Shown: one piece after another, positions 9,380 to 20,771 of the stretch
Numbering within the stretch: position 1 is the first letter of the stretch
How the letters are laid out: each line of letters starts with the position of its first letter
Source: Entomortierella parvispora E1425
Lineage: Eukaryota > Fungi > Mortierellomycota
Assembly: GCA_020891255.1 (NCBI GenBank)
Contig: BQFW01000014.1
Location: 682,001 to 746,000, forward strand
DNA: 64,000 bases
Reading direction: 5' to 3'
Notes under the pieces: generated by a model
The model's input: only the letters and a program-made list of their open reading frames with translations
Database searches by the model: none
What the model was told of the DNA's origin: nothing
Program-made: the position numbers and the translations under genes

Positions 9380-11545
9380 GTGTCTCGCTTTCTCTTCTCC
9401 TCACCCCAACCGTCAATACCCATGTCGCTACATTCCTCTGCGCACTTTGATCATGCAGCAGAATCAGATATAGCGATGCAGTCAAAACACCCCACAGCAC
9501 CACTGGAGCTTCCCGAGATCCTCTATGTTCTGGTCCAGTTCCTGGATCGACCCGCACTGCTCCAGGCCTCCCGGGTCTCTCGATCCTGGTCAAAGATTTT
9601 TTCGCCAATGCTCTTTCGTGAGATCAGATACCAGGACTGGAAACATCCAGGGTTCATAGACCTCCTCCGCAAGAATCTGGACCAAGTTGTCTGCCTGGAG
9701 TGGCGATTTTCAAGAAGGGATGCCAAGTTGCGCTATCGAGAGGTCATGAAGCAGCAACAACAACTTTATCCCTGGAGTCAAAACTTACAAGTAGGGGGAG
9801 ACCCTAGGTTTGACACTCTATCCAGATCGCCCTCACCTGAGCCCCAGTCATCCTCCTCATCATCTACAACAGCTTTTGAAACACCACATTTGAACAGGAT
9901 CTGTTTCGAGCACTTCGCAATGATGCTAAGCCCTGGAGCTACACCTCGACTTCGACTTCTAGCAGTTCAAGGAGAAATGGAACTTCGTCGCTTTCTTATA
10001 TCAGTCTTGCCCAAGATTCCGACGTTGACCTGTCTCCGGATTGAAGACAGCTTCTCTTGGCAAAAGATCGGTATAGGCGAAATCCTGAATGCCTGTCAAT
10101 CATTGGAGAGTTTAGACTGCGATGGATCTGTAGCTCTGCAGTTTGATGATGCTTTCTTACAGACAGACCCAGCCCCATTAGGAGCTTGCATTTCTGGAGA
10201 CGATGGGCAAGGACATGGAGAAGATGAACAAGGGAAAGGCTTATTTCAGGATCCCAAAACGGCCACCTTGTTGTCCACGACATCTCTGGTGGGAGTTCCG
10301 TTGAGCAGCCGGACACAGAACCTTCAAATCTTGCGACTCCACAAAACCAGTCTCACGGATCAAGATCTCCTTCAACTCGTTCGACAATGCCCTGAGCTGC
10401 AAGAACTCTTTCTACATCAGGAAGGCAGCGGAGGTACTTTGGGTGGAGGTCAACCTCTTGCAAATGCGGACGCGACCCATCAATGGAATTGGTCCGAAAC
10501 GTTTGTGACGGAGATGGCAAGGGCTTGTCCGAAGTTGGTCAAGATTCATTTGAGCCCTGGATGTTTCCAATCTTTGCCAGAAAACATTATCTTGAGAGTC
10601 TTGGCTGCGTTCCCGAAACTGCGCTCCCTTGGAGTGCCATTCTCACAATTTGGAGACGAAACCATGCAGGAAATCTTGAGGACACGCATTCACGTCATGT
10701 ATCGACAAGAGCAGCCTCAACAACAGCAACAACAACCACAGCAGTTTTTAGTAATGGAGCAAAGCAGGACCTTGGCGCCTGAAAGGACACTGATGCCGGC
10801 ACCATCCCAGCCCAACTTCAGTCCATTGACAAGTCTAGATCTGATGGATTTAAAGGGTCGCCGGCTCTCGAGTTCGGTCCTTCAGACATTTTTTGAAAAT
10901 TGTCCTGAGCTGCTGCACTTCAAGGGCAACGAGAACTTGCTGAGGATTCAAGATATGATCCTCCCTGAATCAAAGATGTATCTCGACCAAACCGACTCGG
11001 CCCCCTCTATTTCTTCGATGGCCTTCCAGCTTCGTCCTTGGGCTTGCTTGCGACTGGAGACGTTGGTAATCGGTTTTGGCCGCTGCCGGAATCCAGTCCA
11101 GACCTACGGTGCAACAGAATCTCGAGCATGTTGCTCGATCCGTGAAAATGAGGACGAAGTTGTCTTTCGTCAGCTTGGTCGGTTAACAAAGCTGAGACGA
11201 CTCGAGATCCTGAAAGACGCCCCCAATTGGTCCGCCTTGACCTTCAAAGGCAGTCCAGCCTTTTCTTTATCGGCCTTGAAAGTTTTACAGACATTTAGGA
11301 TTTCAGCTGGGGCTATTCCTTCGTCTTTTGCCATGGCTGGTTCTATGAGTGATCCAACTGACAGAAGGGAAGAAGAAAAAAGACAGCAAAGAGATCTGGC
11401 TCTCTGGATCGCCAGTGCTTGGCCGTGCTTGCAGACTCTACTTGTGCCAGGAAGTCGGCATCAGCAGCGGAACAAGGAATGGTCTCGACTCTTTCAAGAA
11501 CTGGATCGATCCAACATCCGAGTGGTTCCTTCTGAAGAGAGCTAG
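9380..11545 (+). CDS. F-box / RNI-like leucine-rich repeat protein (intronless)
   Basis: 721-aa ORF with N-terminal F-box-like PLELPEILYVLVQFLDRPALLQASRVSRSWSKIF and repeated LxxLxL / CPxLxxL motifs. True start may be an internal Met (MSLH or MQSK). Confidence 0.85.
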   Translation: MSRFLFSSPQPSIPMSLHSSAHFDHAAESDIAMQSKHPTAPLELPEILYVLVQFLDRPALLQASRVSRSWSKIFSPMLFREIRYQDWKHPGFIDLLRKNLDQVVCLEWRFSRRDAKLRYREVMKQQQQLYPWSQNLQVGGDPRFDTLSRSPSPEPQSSSSSSTTAFETPHLNRICFEHFAMMLSPGATPRLRLLAVQGEMELRRFLISVLPKIPTLTCLRIEDSFSWQKIGIGEILNACQSLESLDCDGSVALQFDDAFLQTDPAPLGACISGDDGQGHGEDEQGKGLFQDPKTATLLSTTSLVGVPLSSRTQNLQILRLHKTSLTDQDLLQLVRQCPELQELFLHQEGSGGTLGGGQPLANADATHQWNWSETFVTEMARACPKLVKIHLSPGCFQSLPENIILRVLAAFPKLRSLGVPFSQFGDETMQEILRTRIHVMYRQEQPQQQQQQPQQFLVMEQSRTLAPERTLMPAPSQPNFSPLTSLDLMDLKGRRLSSSVLQTFFENCPELLHFKGNENLLRIQDMILPESKMYLDQTDSAPSISSMAFQLRPWACLRLETLVIGFGRCRNPVQTYGATESRACCSIRENEDEVVFRQLGRLTKLRRLEILKDAPNWSALTFKGSPAFSLSALKVLQTFRISAGAIPSSFAMAGSMSDPTDRREEEKRQQRDLALWIASAWPCLQTLLVPGSRHQQRNKEWSRLFQELDRSNIRVVPSEES

Positions 11546-11852
11546 AAGAAAAGGGGCTACCTTTTTTTTTTCTAGGGCAACCATCCGAAGCAAACAAGAA
11601 TTTATTTTTTTTAATGAACAAAACTTGTTGGTTTAATTTTTTGCAGTTTTTTTTTTGTAATTTTGTACAGTGTGTAAAATCGGAAAGGTCTAGAGATGAG
11701 AGGGAGGAGTGGCAGTGGAAAAGTGCGATAGGTTGGAGAGCTGAAGGAGTGAAAATGGATGGTATTAAAGATTACAGAGTGGAGGAGGGGTTTGTAGGAT
11801 ACTCTTTTGAGCTGCCATATTCTGGTGGAGGTAGAACGCGCAAACTTTTCCT

Positions 11853-14686
11853 TCAGTTGCCATCGTCTGCTGGCATAGTACTTGGCCGCTTCGTGTTCTT
11901 TCCAAAAAGCCGGTTCCGGAGAGCTCGGGACGCAAAGACAGTCAGCTCGAAGCCAGCCCAGTCAGAATCTTGGAGATCCTGAAGATCGCCGACTGTCATG
12001 ATGTCCTGGTTTTTCAGTTTGGCGAGCCACTCATTAGCCTTATCTGGTCCACGGTGATAAGCCGCTGCTGTATCACGGACTAGATCCTCAATGGGAGCAT
12101 CCGGTGCGTATTCTTTGAAAGGCAGATCCACCTCTCCAGTATACTCGGGGTTTGAGTTTTTCCTACTAAGAGTAGTGGCGCCTTGGGGTGTCTGAGGACT
12201 GGTCACGTCCAAGGTCAATGGTGACACGTTCCCGTGTGATTGATTCATCTGAACCATGGGGGACGAGGGAGTAAGATGCCCCGGGCTCTCCTTCTTCTCG
12301 TTCACACCAGACAATTCTCGCAATATCCGGTTGATGTCGTGTGTGATGATTCTTTGATATCGCTGTGGGAGAACGTCCTCCACGATCTAAGGTGAAAATT
12401 CAAGGTTCCAAGTTTCGTTAGTTAAATCGCACCATTTCGATTTTCTCGTAATCGGAAGTGCCCTTCTTCGTTTTGAGGTCTCATATCCTTACCATCTCAT
12501 TCACGACTTCTTCTGCAGTATCAGAGTCTGCATTGAATTCAAACTTGACCGAGAGTTTGTCCATGCCCTTGAACACCACTTGCAACGTGAGGTGGTTCTT
12601 GGCTTCATTGGTCGTCAACACAACCACTTCTGGCTCTACACCCAAAAACGGATCTTCGATCGCCTCCTGAGCAGAGTATCTAGACAAGTGTACGAAAGAC
12701 GGGACAAGAAGGAATGATGATAGTTAGCATCAATGCCACTTCTGAGGACAGCGAGGAACAGATGTAAAGACGCAAAATACCTCTCATGCTCTGGAGCGAT
12801 GCAATGGTTGATCAAACTCAAAACCTCAGGGTCCGTGATCTTGGAAAGGCAGTCTGGTTTGAGGCCCTGTAGCACAAGAAGGGGGTTGAGGTTAACATCT
12901 GGTCAGATCTCTTCGCCTTGTGGAATCCGGGCTACAAAAATCTAATCGTCATTCTCAATGCGCTCCATCTTGTACCTGAGTGACTTTTTTGTAGATCTGA
13001 GCAGCGTTCTTGCACTCGCCGTAGGGGTATTCTCCTGTAACCATCTCGAGCAAGCACATTCCAAAGGCGTAAATGTCTACTTTTTCGCTGTAGCCTTTTT
13101 CTTCGTACATTTCTGGCGCCATGAACTCGGGCGTACCTAAAACATATATTCGATCAACGATCATTGGAGAAAAAGCGTGAGCATTTTTTTTCCTTCTAGT
13201 TTCTGTTTTGCTCTAATGGCTCACAGCATGCAAGTAACGTAACAGGAAATGGCTCTCTTGTATTCTTACCAATGACGGTATACTTTTTTCCAATCTTCAT
13301 CTTTGCAGTCCCCATGTCGCCAATCTTGACTTCACCGTGAGCTCCGTTGATGAAGATATTGTCGCATTTGATGTCACGATGGATGATTGGGGGGTCGTAC
13401 GAGTGGAGATAGATGAGTCCCTTGAGGATCTGTCTGCACCATCGCTTGACCACTTTGAGATTTGGTGATTGCAGTTTGCGGATATATCTACACGTCATAA
13501 CAAACAAAACGTGAAGGAGAGAGATGCGCACGGATGCAATCAGCATGGGGTGTCGATCTTTCCCGTTGCAGTACATGCGTACGCCCACACAATATCAAAA
13601 ATCGCTTACTCTCTCAGTGTGCCTGAAGTCATAAGCTCGGTGATGAAGATAAACTCGGTGTTGCTGTACCAGCAGTCATGGAAGTTGATGATATTTGGAT
13701 GACGGACACGCTTCAAGATCTCGACCTCCTGCGAAAGTTCTGCATACTCCTGCTTGGTCGTCTGAAAGCAGTTCCAGGCTACCTCATAGCCTTCCTCGCG
13801 ATCGATGCCTTTGTACACGATCTTGTAGGCTCCCTTGCCCAGAACAGAGTTCAGCTGAGTGAGGAGGGGAGAGGTCAAAGAGAAGAGAAGATAAATAACC
13901 GAGTGAGCAGCCCATATTTTGGAGTCCAGTAGTTCAGTCCAGCCCAGCCCTGTCAATCGAAGACGGGACAAAAAGAAGGTGTTGGTGCTGATGTTGATAT
14001 CCTGCTCAATTCCAGCCCTAAAAATGTCGTGTAACTCAAGTTTTTTTTCGTGGTCCTTCTTTTTTTCTTTTGGCGGTGTGAGGCATTTTGGCTGTAAAAG
14101 AAAAAAAAATCTTTCCATGTCCGAGCATTTGTCGCCAGGAGAGGACGGACGAGGAGAAGGAGGGAGCGGGAGTGGGGAGAGCGACCACCAGATAGCCCAA
14201 CCTATACCACACCCAACTTTTTTTTATCTCCTCGATCCAGTCCAAGGTCCGTGGTCGGAGGGCGTGGTGAGGGCAAGGGAGTGACAGCGATCACTATCAT
14301 GCTTCGTTTCGTTTACTTCGTTTCGTTTTCTTCGTTTGCTTCTCAAATGTCGTTTGGGGCTATCGGGTCGAGCGTGCGCCATTTTTCTTCCCACCATGAC
14401 AACCAAAGTGATTGACGCGTGTTGCCGATCAAGAGGAACTGAGGGAATTATCGTCGTCCATCCCTGGGCACTTCTATAAAATGGGGGGGCCAAGCGCGTT
14501 TGACCTCGGATCCTTTTGCTTTTTGTTGTTTCTTCTTATCCTGCCTCTCACCCTCTTTTCCGCTCTCTAGACAACCACGACACTTTGTTTCATTCTTACC
14601 TTCGCATATCGACCGTCAGGACTGACCTCGACCACCTTTTCGGGATCATGCTTGGAATGATCAATATACTCGGCTACATGGTACAT
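11853..14686 (-). CDS. WNK: WNK (With-No-Lysine) Ser/Thr kinase with PF2/OSR1_C-like domain and C-terminal SAM-like region, 7 exons
   Basis: Exons 14686-14600, 13854-13610, 13487-13270, 13136-12976, 12866-12781, 12679-12493, 12386-11853. Catalytic Lys sits in the G-loop (LGKGAYK), subdomain II is VAWNC without Lys, plus [23 protein letters not shown], and the PF2-like [33 protein letters not shown]. Confidence 0.93.
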
Positions 14687-16227
14687 CAGACAGACATGCA
14701 AGCATTCAGGTCAATGAACGAGATTTAGCCTTTCTCTGATGACCATAGAGCGAAAAGAGAATAGCAGAGGGTGACCTACAGAAGGAGGAGAGGTTTCGGT
14801 CGGATTCTTCCGCGTCATGGGGATGGTCCGATCCCTCGGATCCACTTTGGTTGTTTCTGGGGTTCATGACTGGATCTGGCATCTTGTTCTCTGAGAGAGG
14901 ATCTTATCAAGGACAAGTGGCGGAGGAATGAACAGCACGCTTCTGGTGGGCGGTACGGACGAATGGAACTTGGCTTGGTCAAGGAGAGGGTGGAATGTCG
15001 CGTGAAAACGAGTGCTTTCACTTTGGATTCAAAGTCAAGTGTGAATTAGAGGGCGTGAGAGGCAGGCGCTGGCGAGTGAGTGTGAAGGCGGTGGTGACGA
15101 TGAGCTGTGAATACATAGAGATGGGGATTCGGTTACGACGGAAAGTTGATGAAGCAAAAGCAGAAAAAAAAAATAAGAGAGAGGAGAAAAGAGGAAGGAG
15201 AAGAGAAGAAAAAAAGTTGGTCGAGTGAAGGTCAAGAAGGTTGGGATGGGCTGGATGTTGGGCGGACTTGGAGAGACAAATTCTGCACGGGGATGGCACG
15301 GCTTTATTTTTCACTTTTTTCCCTTTCTTTTCTTCGCTGCCTCCCGCCATCGCTGCTGATACCGTGGACGAGCAAAGTTCACTTTGCCCCGGCCATGTGT
15401 CGCTGATCCCTGGGAGAGAGGCTGTCTGAACGTGAAAGAGGCGGGAACAATTGTCAGTGTTTCCATGTGTGTCGCCTTTCCAATTTTTTTTTCTTTTTTT
15501 TGCCCCCAAGGTAGGAAGAGGGAGAGCCATTGTTGACATCCTTGGAGCAAAGCAAAAATTCGTTTTTCACAGCACAGACATGCAATCTCCTGGACCGCAA
15601 CCACAACTCGCTCGAATGTGGACCTGCCCGCTTGATTGTGTGACAGCGCTGGTGAGCACACGGTCGAGTCCTGCAAAAAGGCAGAGTCGAGTCGAGGCTG
15701 CAGTCCAAAGAGCAAAAAAGCAAAAAGGCGTAGTTTGTCCCAGAGAGTGAAAAACGCCGGCAGAATTGAACTCCATACAAAACAACCTCCAACATCAACC
15801 GCTGATTATTGCTGCCGAAACGCAAGCGAAATGAATGAGTGACAAAGACGCAGCAGTCAGTGGTGTGGGCGAGCAAGTGCGTGATAGATAGAGCGAGTCT
15901 GAGAAGGGACAGGGCAAAGGGGGTTGACCACGGGAGTGTGTGTGAGAGAGGGTCTTGATGTGGTGGCACATCCTGCTGAAATTGATGTCATGAATTGGTC
16001 TGTGCGCGCCCGACGCCCTGTGTGCCAGCTTTTTATGTCGGGATTGTTCAGGAGACAAGCCCTTTTGTGGCCCTCCAACCCTGGACTCTGTATAATATAG
16101 GCAGGTTGCCTGAGAGATGAGTATCCAGACAAAGACAGAGAGACACACCACACAGACAGGCAGGCAGATGAACCCACGCGCGCGTCTGTTGACGCCTTGC
16201 TTCCCGCAAAATTAGGCCATTAGGCCC

Positions 16228-16256
<29 letters not shown>
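16228..16256 (+). repeat. Poly(A) run (29 nt) in the WNK/PP2A-A divergent intergenic region
   Basis: Direct read of the sequence; a likely nucleosome-disfavouring tract about 370 nt upstream of the PP2A-A ATG. Confidence 0.9.
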
Positions 16257-16259
<3 letters not shown>

Positions 16260-16627
16260 ATCTGTCACCGAACTATGCTTGATCGCACTTGCTGCCCCAC
16301 ACGCGCTCGTCACCCTTGCTTTGCACGCCTTTCTGGCCCCCAAGTGCTCCTGCACGGCGAGAAAGACCCCTCGAGAAGTGGTGTCGTGCAGACACAAAAA
16401 AAATAGCCTCTCCAGCAAGCGACAAGGGGGCACGACCGAATCCTGCCAGGCCAGGAATGCATGTTGTGACCCCGTGCTGTGAATCCGTCCATCCCATCCA
16501 TTGCTTTCTTTCATTCATTCTCCCCCTCCTTTTATCTCAAGACATCTCTTTCTTTCTCTCGGCTGTCTCTCTCTCTCCCCCTTCATCTTCAATCATACTT
16601 GCCCACACTCGCGCCATCGCTGCCGAC

Positions 16628-19030
16628 ATGAATCCCGAAGACGAAGAGCTCTATCCCATCGCCGTCTTGATAGATGAGCTCCGTCACGACGATGTCTCTC
16701 TCCGTCTCAATGCCATCAAGCGTCTCAATACAATTGCGCTGGCCTTGGGTCCCCAGCGTACCCGCGATGAGCTGATCCCTTTCCTCGATGGTAAACATTA
16801 GCTCTTGGATTCGCTTTCTTGAATGACGCTCAAATACGCGTCAACTTGTGCAGGGTCGCTCCCACGCCCTTGAAGATTCAGGTCAACTGACAATACAATG
16901 CCTGGTTGACATTACCCCTAGAATCTATTGATGACGAAGATGAGGTCCTGCTCGCCCTCGCTGGCGAACTCGGTGACTTTGTAGAGTATGTTGGTGGCGC
17001 CCAGTTTGCCCATATCCTCTTGCAGCCTCTGGAGAATTTGGCTGCTGTCGAGGAGACTATGGTTCGCGACAAGGTACAGAGGAAACGCACTGTTGCATTC
17101 ACGGATACAAACCCCCTTCATGCTTTGCAGTCGTATTTACCGTGAATGGCTTGATTGATATATGTAGGCCGTCGAGTCCTTGAACAAGATCTGCCCAGCT
17201 TTGAACCAGACTCAGTTGGAGCAGTACTACATTCCTCTCCTCAAGCGTCTTACATTGGGAGATTGGTTCACGAGTCGCACATCTGCCACTGGACTCTATG
17301 CCTGCGGCTATCCCCTCGCCTCGCCAGCATCTCAGGATGATATGCGCAAGTATGTAGATGTCCTAAAGGACTCGAATTCCTTGATCATGAGCGTTTGTGA
17401 ATATTATCAGATCAGAATGCTTATTTTGACCTTCCTCTATAGATCCTTTGGTCAGCTTTGCACTGATGACACCCCCATGGTCCGTCGTGCAGCCGCCACA
17501 CATTTGGGTGTAAGGATTTTGAAAAACCACTTGCCTCTAATCATTAGGATCTGTCAGAAGTTTGAACCTCACCTGAAATTTTTTCTAGACATTCGCCAAG
17601 AAGCTCAGCAAGGAGCACCTCATTTCGGACATGATCCCTCTCTTCAACAAGTTGGCACAGGATGAGCAGGACTCTGTCCGTTTGTTGACTGTCACTGACC
17701 TTGTTGCTGTCGCAGAGGAGCTGTCCCCTGAAGAATGCAAGACCTACTTTTTGCAGACTCTCAAGGCTATGGTCGCTGACAAGTCGTGGAGAGTTCGTTA
17801 CATGATTGCTGACAACTTCGTTAAGGTAAAAGGGCGATCCATATTCTATACATTTCCACTCATGACATCATTGTTCCATTCACTGACCTCAACTTTACCC
17901 TGGATTGCATAGTTGAGCAAGGCTGTCGGTGAGGATATTACTCGGGAGGATCTTGTAGGAGCATTTGTTCGTCTTTTGAAGGATAACGAGGCTGAGGTTC
18001 GCACTGCTGCCTCTGGGCAAGTTCCAGGCAAGTATAATCACCAAAGTGAAGCGTAGGTTTACACTTAGACTCCCAGAGGACTAACGTTGGCCAGCGTCTT
18101 TGCTTTATAGGATTTGCTCAATTGGTTGACAGAGAGACGATTTTGAACTACATTCTTCCTTGTGTCAAGGACTTGGTGACCGATACCTCGCAGCATGTTC
18201 GTGCTGCTTTGGCTATGAAGATCAGTGGGCTTGCCCCTATTCTTGGCAAGGAGGCTACAACGGAGCAGCTGTTGCCCTTGTTCTTGCAGTTGCTTAAGGA
18301 TGAGTTCCCCGATGTCCGTCTCAACATCATTTCCAAGCTCGAGACTGTGAACCAGGTTATTGGCATTGAACTCCTTTCCCAATCTCTCTTGCCTGCCATT
18401 GTGGAGTTGGCAGAGGACAAGCAGTGGCGTGTACGCTTGGCAATTATCGACTATATCCCACTTTTGGCCACCCAGCTGGGCGTTGCATTCTTTGACGAGA
18501 AACTCGGAGCTCTCTGCATGTCATGGTTGGGTGATAGCGTGTTCTCTATCCGCGAGGCAGCCACAATCAACCTCAGAAAGCTTACAGAGGTCTTTGGTGT
18601 CGACTGGGCCAAGCAGACCATTATTCCCAAGGTTCTTGCCATGGGCACTCACCCCAACTACTTGTACAGAATGACTACCATCTTTGCCATCACCGTAAGT
18701 CCATTGAACAGCGTACGGAATTTGCCTATGTAAATATATACTTAAACTGCCCTCTCCGCATCAAAATAGGCCATGGCACCAGCAGTGACTCCAGAGGTCA
18801 TCCGTGATTATATTCTTCCCACCGTCACCAACCTCGTTTCGGACCCTATCCCCAACATTCGCTTCAATGTGGCCAAATCCATAGAAGCTCTGATCCCAGT
18901 GCTCCTGCAGAACCCAGACACAAAGCCTTTGGTCGATCAGCAGTTGAAGCCCGCACTGACAAAGTTGAGCGAGGATTCCGACAATGATGTCCGTTTCTTT
19001 TCTCAGAAAGCGCTCTTGGCCGCAGTTTAA
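16628..19030 (+). CDS. TPD3: Protein phosphatase 2A scaffold (A) subunit, HEAT repeats
   Basis: [33 protein letters not shown]..., [61 protein letters not shown]. Multiple exons, one GC-AG intron at 18028-18110. Equivalent to PPP2R1A/Paa1. Confidence 0.97.
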
Positions 19031-19253
19031 GCAAGGGATTTATACGTGTTGAAAAAAGAGAGTGGCTCTAAAGCGTCAATAAAGCACTCACTGGTTCATT
19101 AGTTCTAAAAGGGGAGTTTTTTTTTTCAGGAACTCGATCTGGGAGAGTTCTGATCATGTTGAATTTTTGTCATAGCTACACAACAATAGTTGGGGACACC
19201 AAAAGTAAAAGGGCTTTTCTGTTTTTTTATTTTAGAACAATTGCATGGCGCGC

Positions 19254-20687
19254 TTAAGCCTCAATAGGGGCAGCAGCAACGGGGGCAACCTCCTCGCGAG
19301 ACTCAGAGACGGGGGCGAGGACGGGGACCTCCTCCTTGGGCTCCATGATGGTGACCATATCGGGAAGAGGGTTCTTGGGGCCCATCTTGCCAGTGGGGTC
19401 CCAAGGCAACATGATCTTGACCTTGACACCCAAAACTCCCTGACGGAGGAGAACGTGACGGACGGCAGTGTCAACAAAGTCCTTGGTGGGCTGACCAGAG
19501 TGGATCATGAATCCATCAACGAACTTCATGGACTTGGCACGAGCACCGCGGAGCTTTCCAGAGACAACAACCTCGCAACCCTTTCCACCAGACTCCATGA
19601 TGTAACGGACAACACCGTAGCAAGCACGACGGACAGCAACTCCGTTAAGGAGCTTGTACTTCAAGGACTCGCACTGAGCAATGGCAGAGAGACCACGGAA
19701 GTTGACCTTCTCGGCGTAGAGCTCGACAGTGTTCTCGGGGAACTTGAAACGCTTCTGGACCAAAGAGGTCAACTCGCGGATGCGACGACCCTGGACACCA
19801 AGAATCTCCTGGGTCTGGGTGGCACGGATGATGATCTCAGTGCGGGCGGGGGTGACGCGGACCTCGACACCGGAGTAACCCTCAGCAGCGAGCTCGCGCT
19901 GGAAGAACTCGTTCAACTCGGCGTAGAAAACACCATCGGCGACGAACTAGATATTGAGTGAAATTAACGACGAGAGTGAAACGGAGAGGGGGTCAGAGGT
20001 TAGGACGTCTGTCTGCTTGCTTTGTTGCTGATATCCGAGAAGATATTTCCTGTCAATGAAAGAGAGTGTTTGTCGGTCGTCGTCTGTTGTTGGGTGCGAT
20101 CGTCCTTCTTGGGTCCTGAATAATGCAAACAAACAAACCAGAAAAAAGAACGATCCAGATGACTTTCTCACATGGAGTTGGTGGCTGTCTAGCAACAAGA
20201 TCATCGCAACGACAGGACCAGTGGATTCAAGGAATCGTGGGTTCGTTACGACAACACTTTGCTATTCGACTGCATCCACTCTCTTCGAGCTTGTCATCCA
20301 GAGGAATCTTCAGTCTGCTTGTCCTTGCCCACCGTGATGCTGGATCGTAGGTTGGATCAGAGGTTCGACCTCCATGAGCACGGTGTTTCCTAAACTGCAT
20401 CCTGTTACTCGAGGATAGGATCGAGAATGGAATCCTCATTCATGCCTTTTTTCTTTCAGAGCGATGCTCGGATATTGAAAAAACACAATTCAAAAGATAT
20501 CCATTCTACAGCGAACCATCCGTTGCCATCGATCCCGTGTATCTGTCCATCCGTCCTGGCTGACGATGGTGTCTGGTGCATCCATGACCCTCCTGTAGAC
20601 GACTCGATGAGCACACCATCGACATTGATGGATAAGCAACAGCATCGTGCGCACCTTTCTCTTTTTGCTGATCTGAGCAGAGGCCAT
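19254..20687 (-). CDS. RPS3: 40S ribosomal protein S3 (uS3), copy 2, 241 aa
   Basis: Exon 1 20687-20655, intron 20654-19947, exon 2 19946-19254. Identical to copy 1 except the C-terminus (...AAAPIEA* versus ...AAAPVEVVA*). Confidence 0.98.
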
Positions 20688-20771
20688 GTTTGAAATAATG
20701 GAAGGAAGAGGGAGCTCCACTGGTGCCCACACAGACTCACATCAAATAATTCGATTTTGGTCATGTGACTG
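19276..20771. repeat. About 1.5 kb near-perfect direct repeat of 4254-5748 (RPS3 gene body plus core promoter)
   Basis: Line-by-line comparison by eye found a single differing patch in the intron (copy 1 CTCGAG-ATGGA-ATCGAG near 5390; copy 2 CTCGAG-GATAGG-ATCGAG near 20413). Offset changes from 15022 to 15023 across it. Confidence 0.95.
20764..20771 (-). promoter_or_regulatory. Homol-D-like element CAGTCACA upstream of RPS3 copy 2
   Basis: TGTGACTG at 20764-20771, 77 nt upstream of the ATG. These are the last shared bases of the duplicated tract. Confidence 0.7.

Noticed and set aside
4254-20771. RPS3 duplication as a pure assembly artefact
   Set aside because: The copies have distinct homologous C-termini, distinct flanks with intact neighbouring genes, and a copy-specific intron patch. 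The artefact explanation is disfavoured but not excluded without reads.
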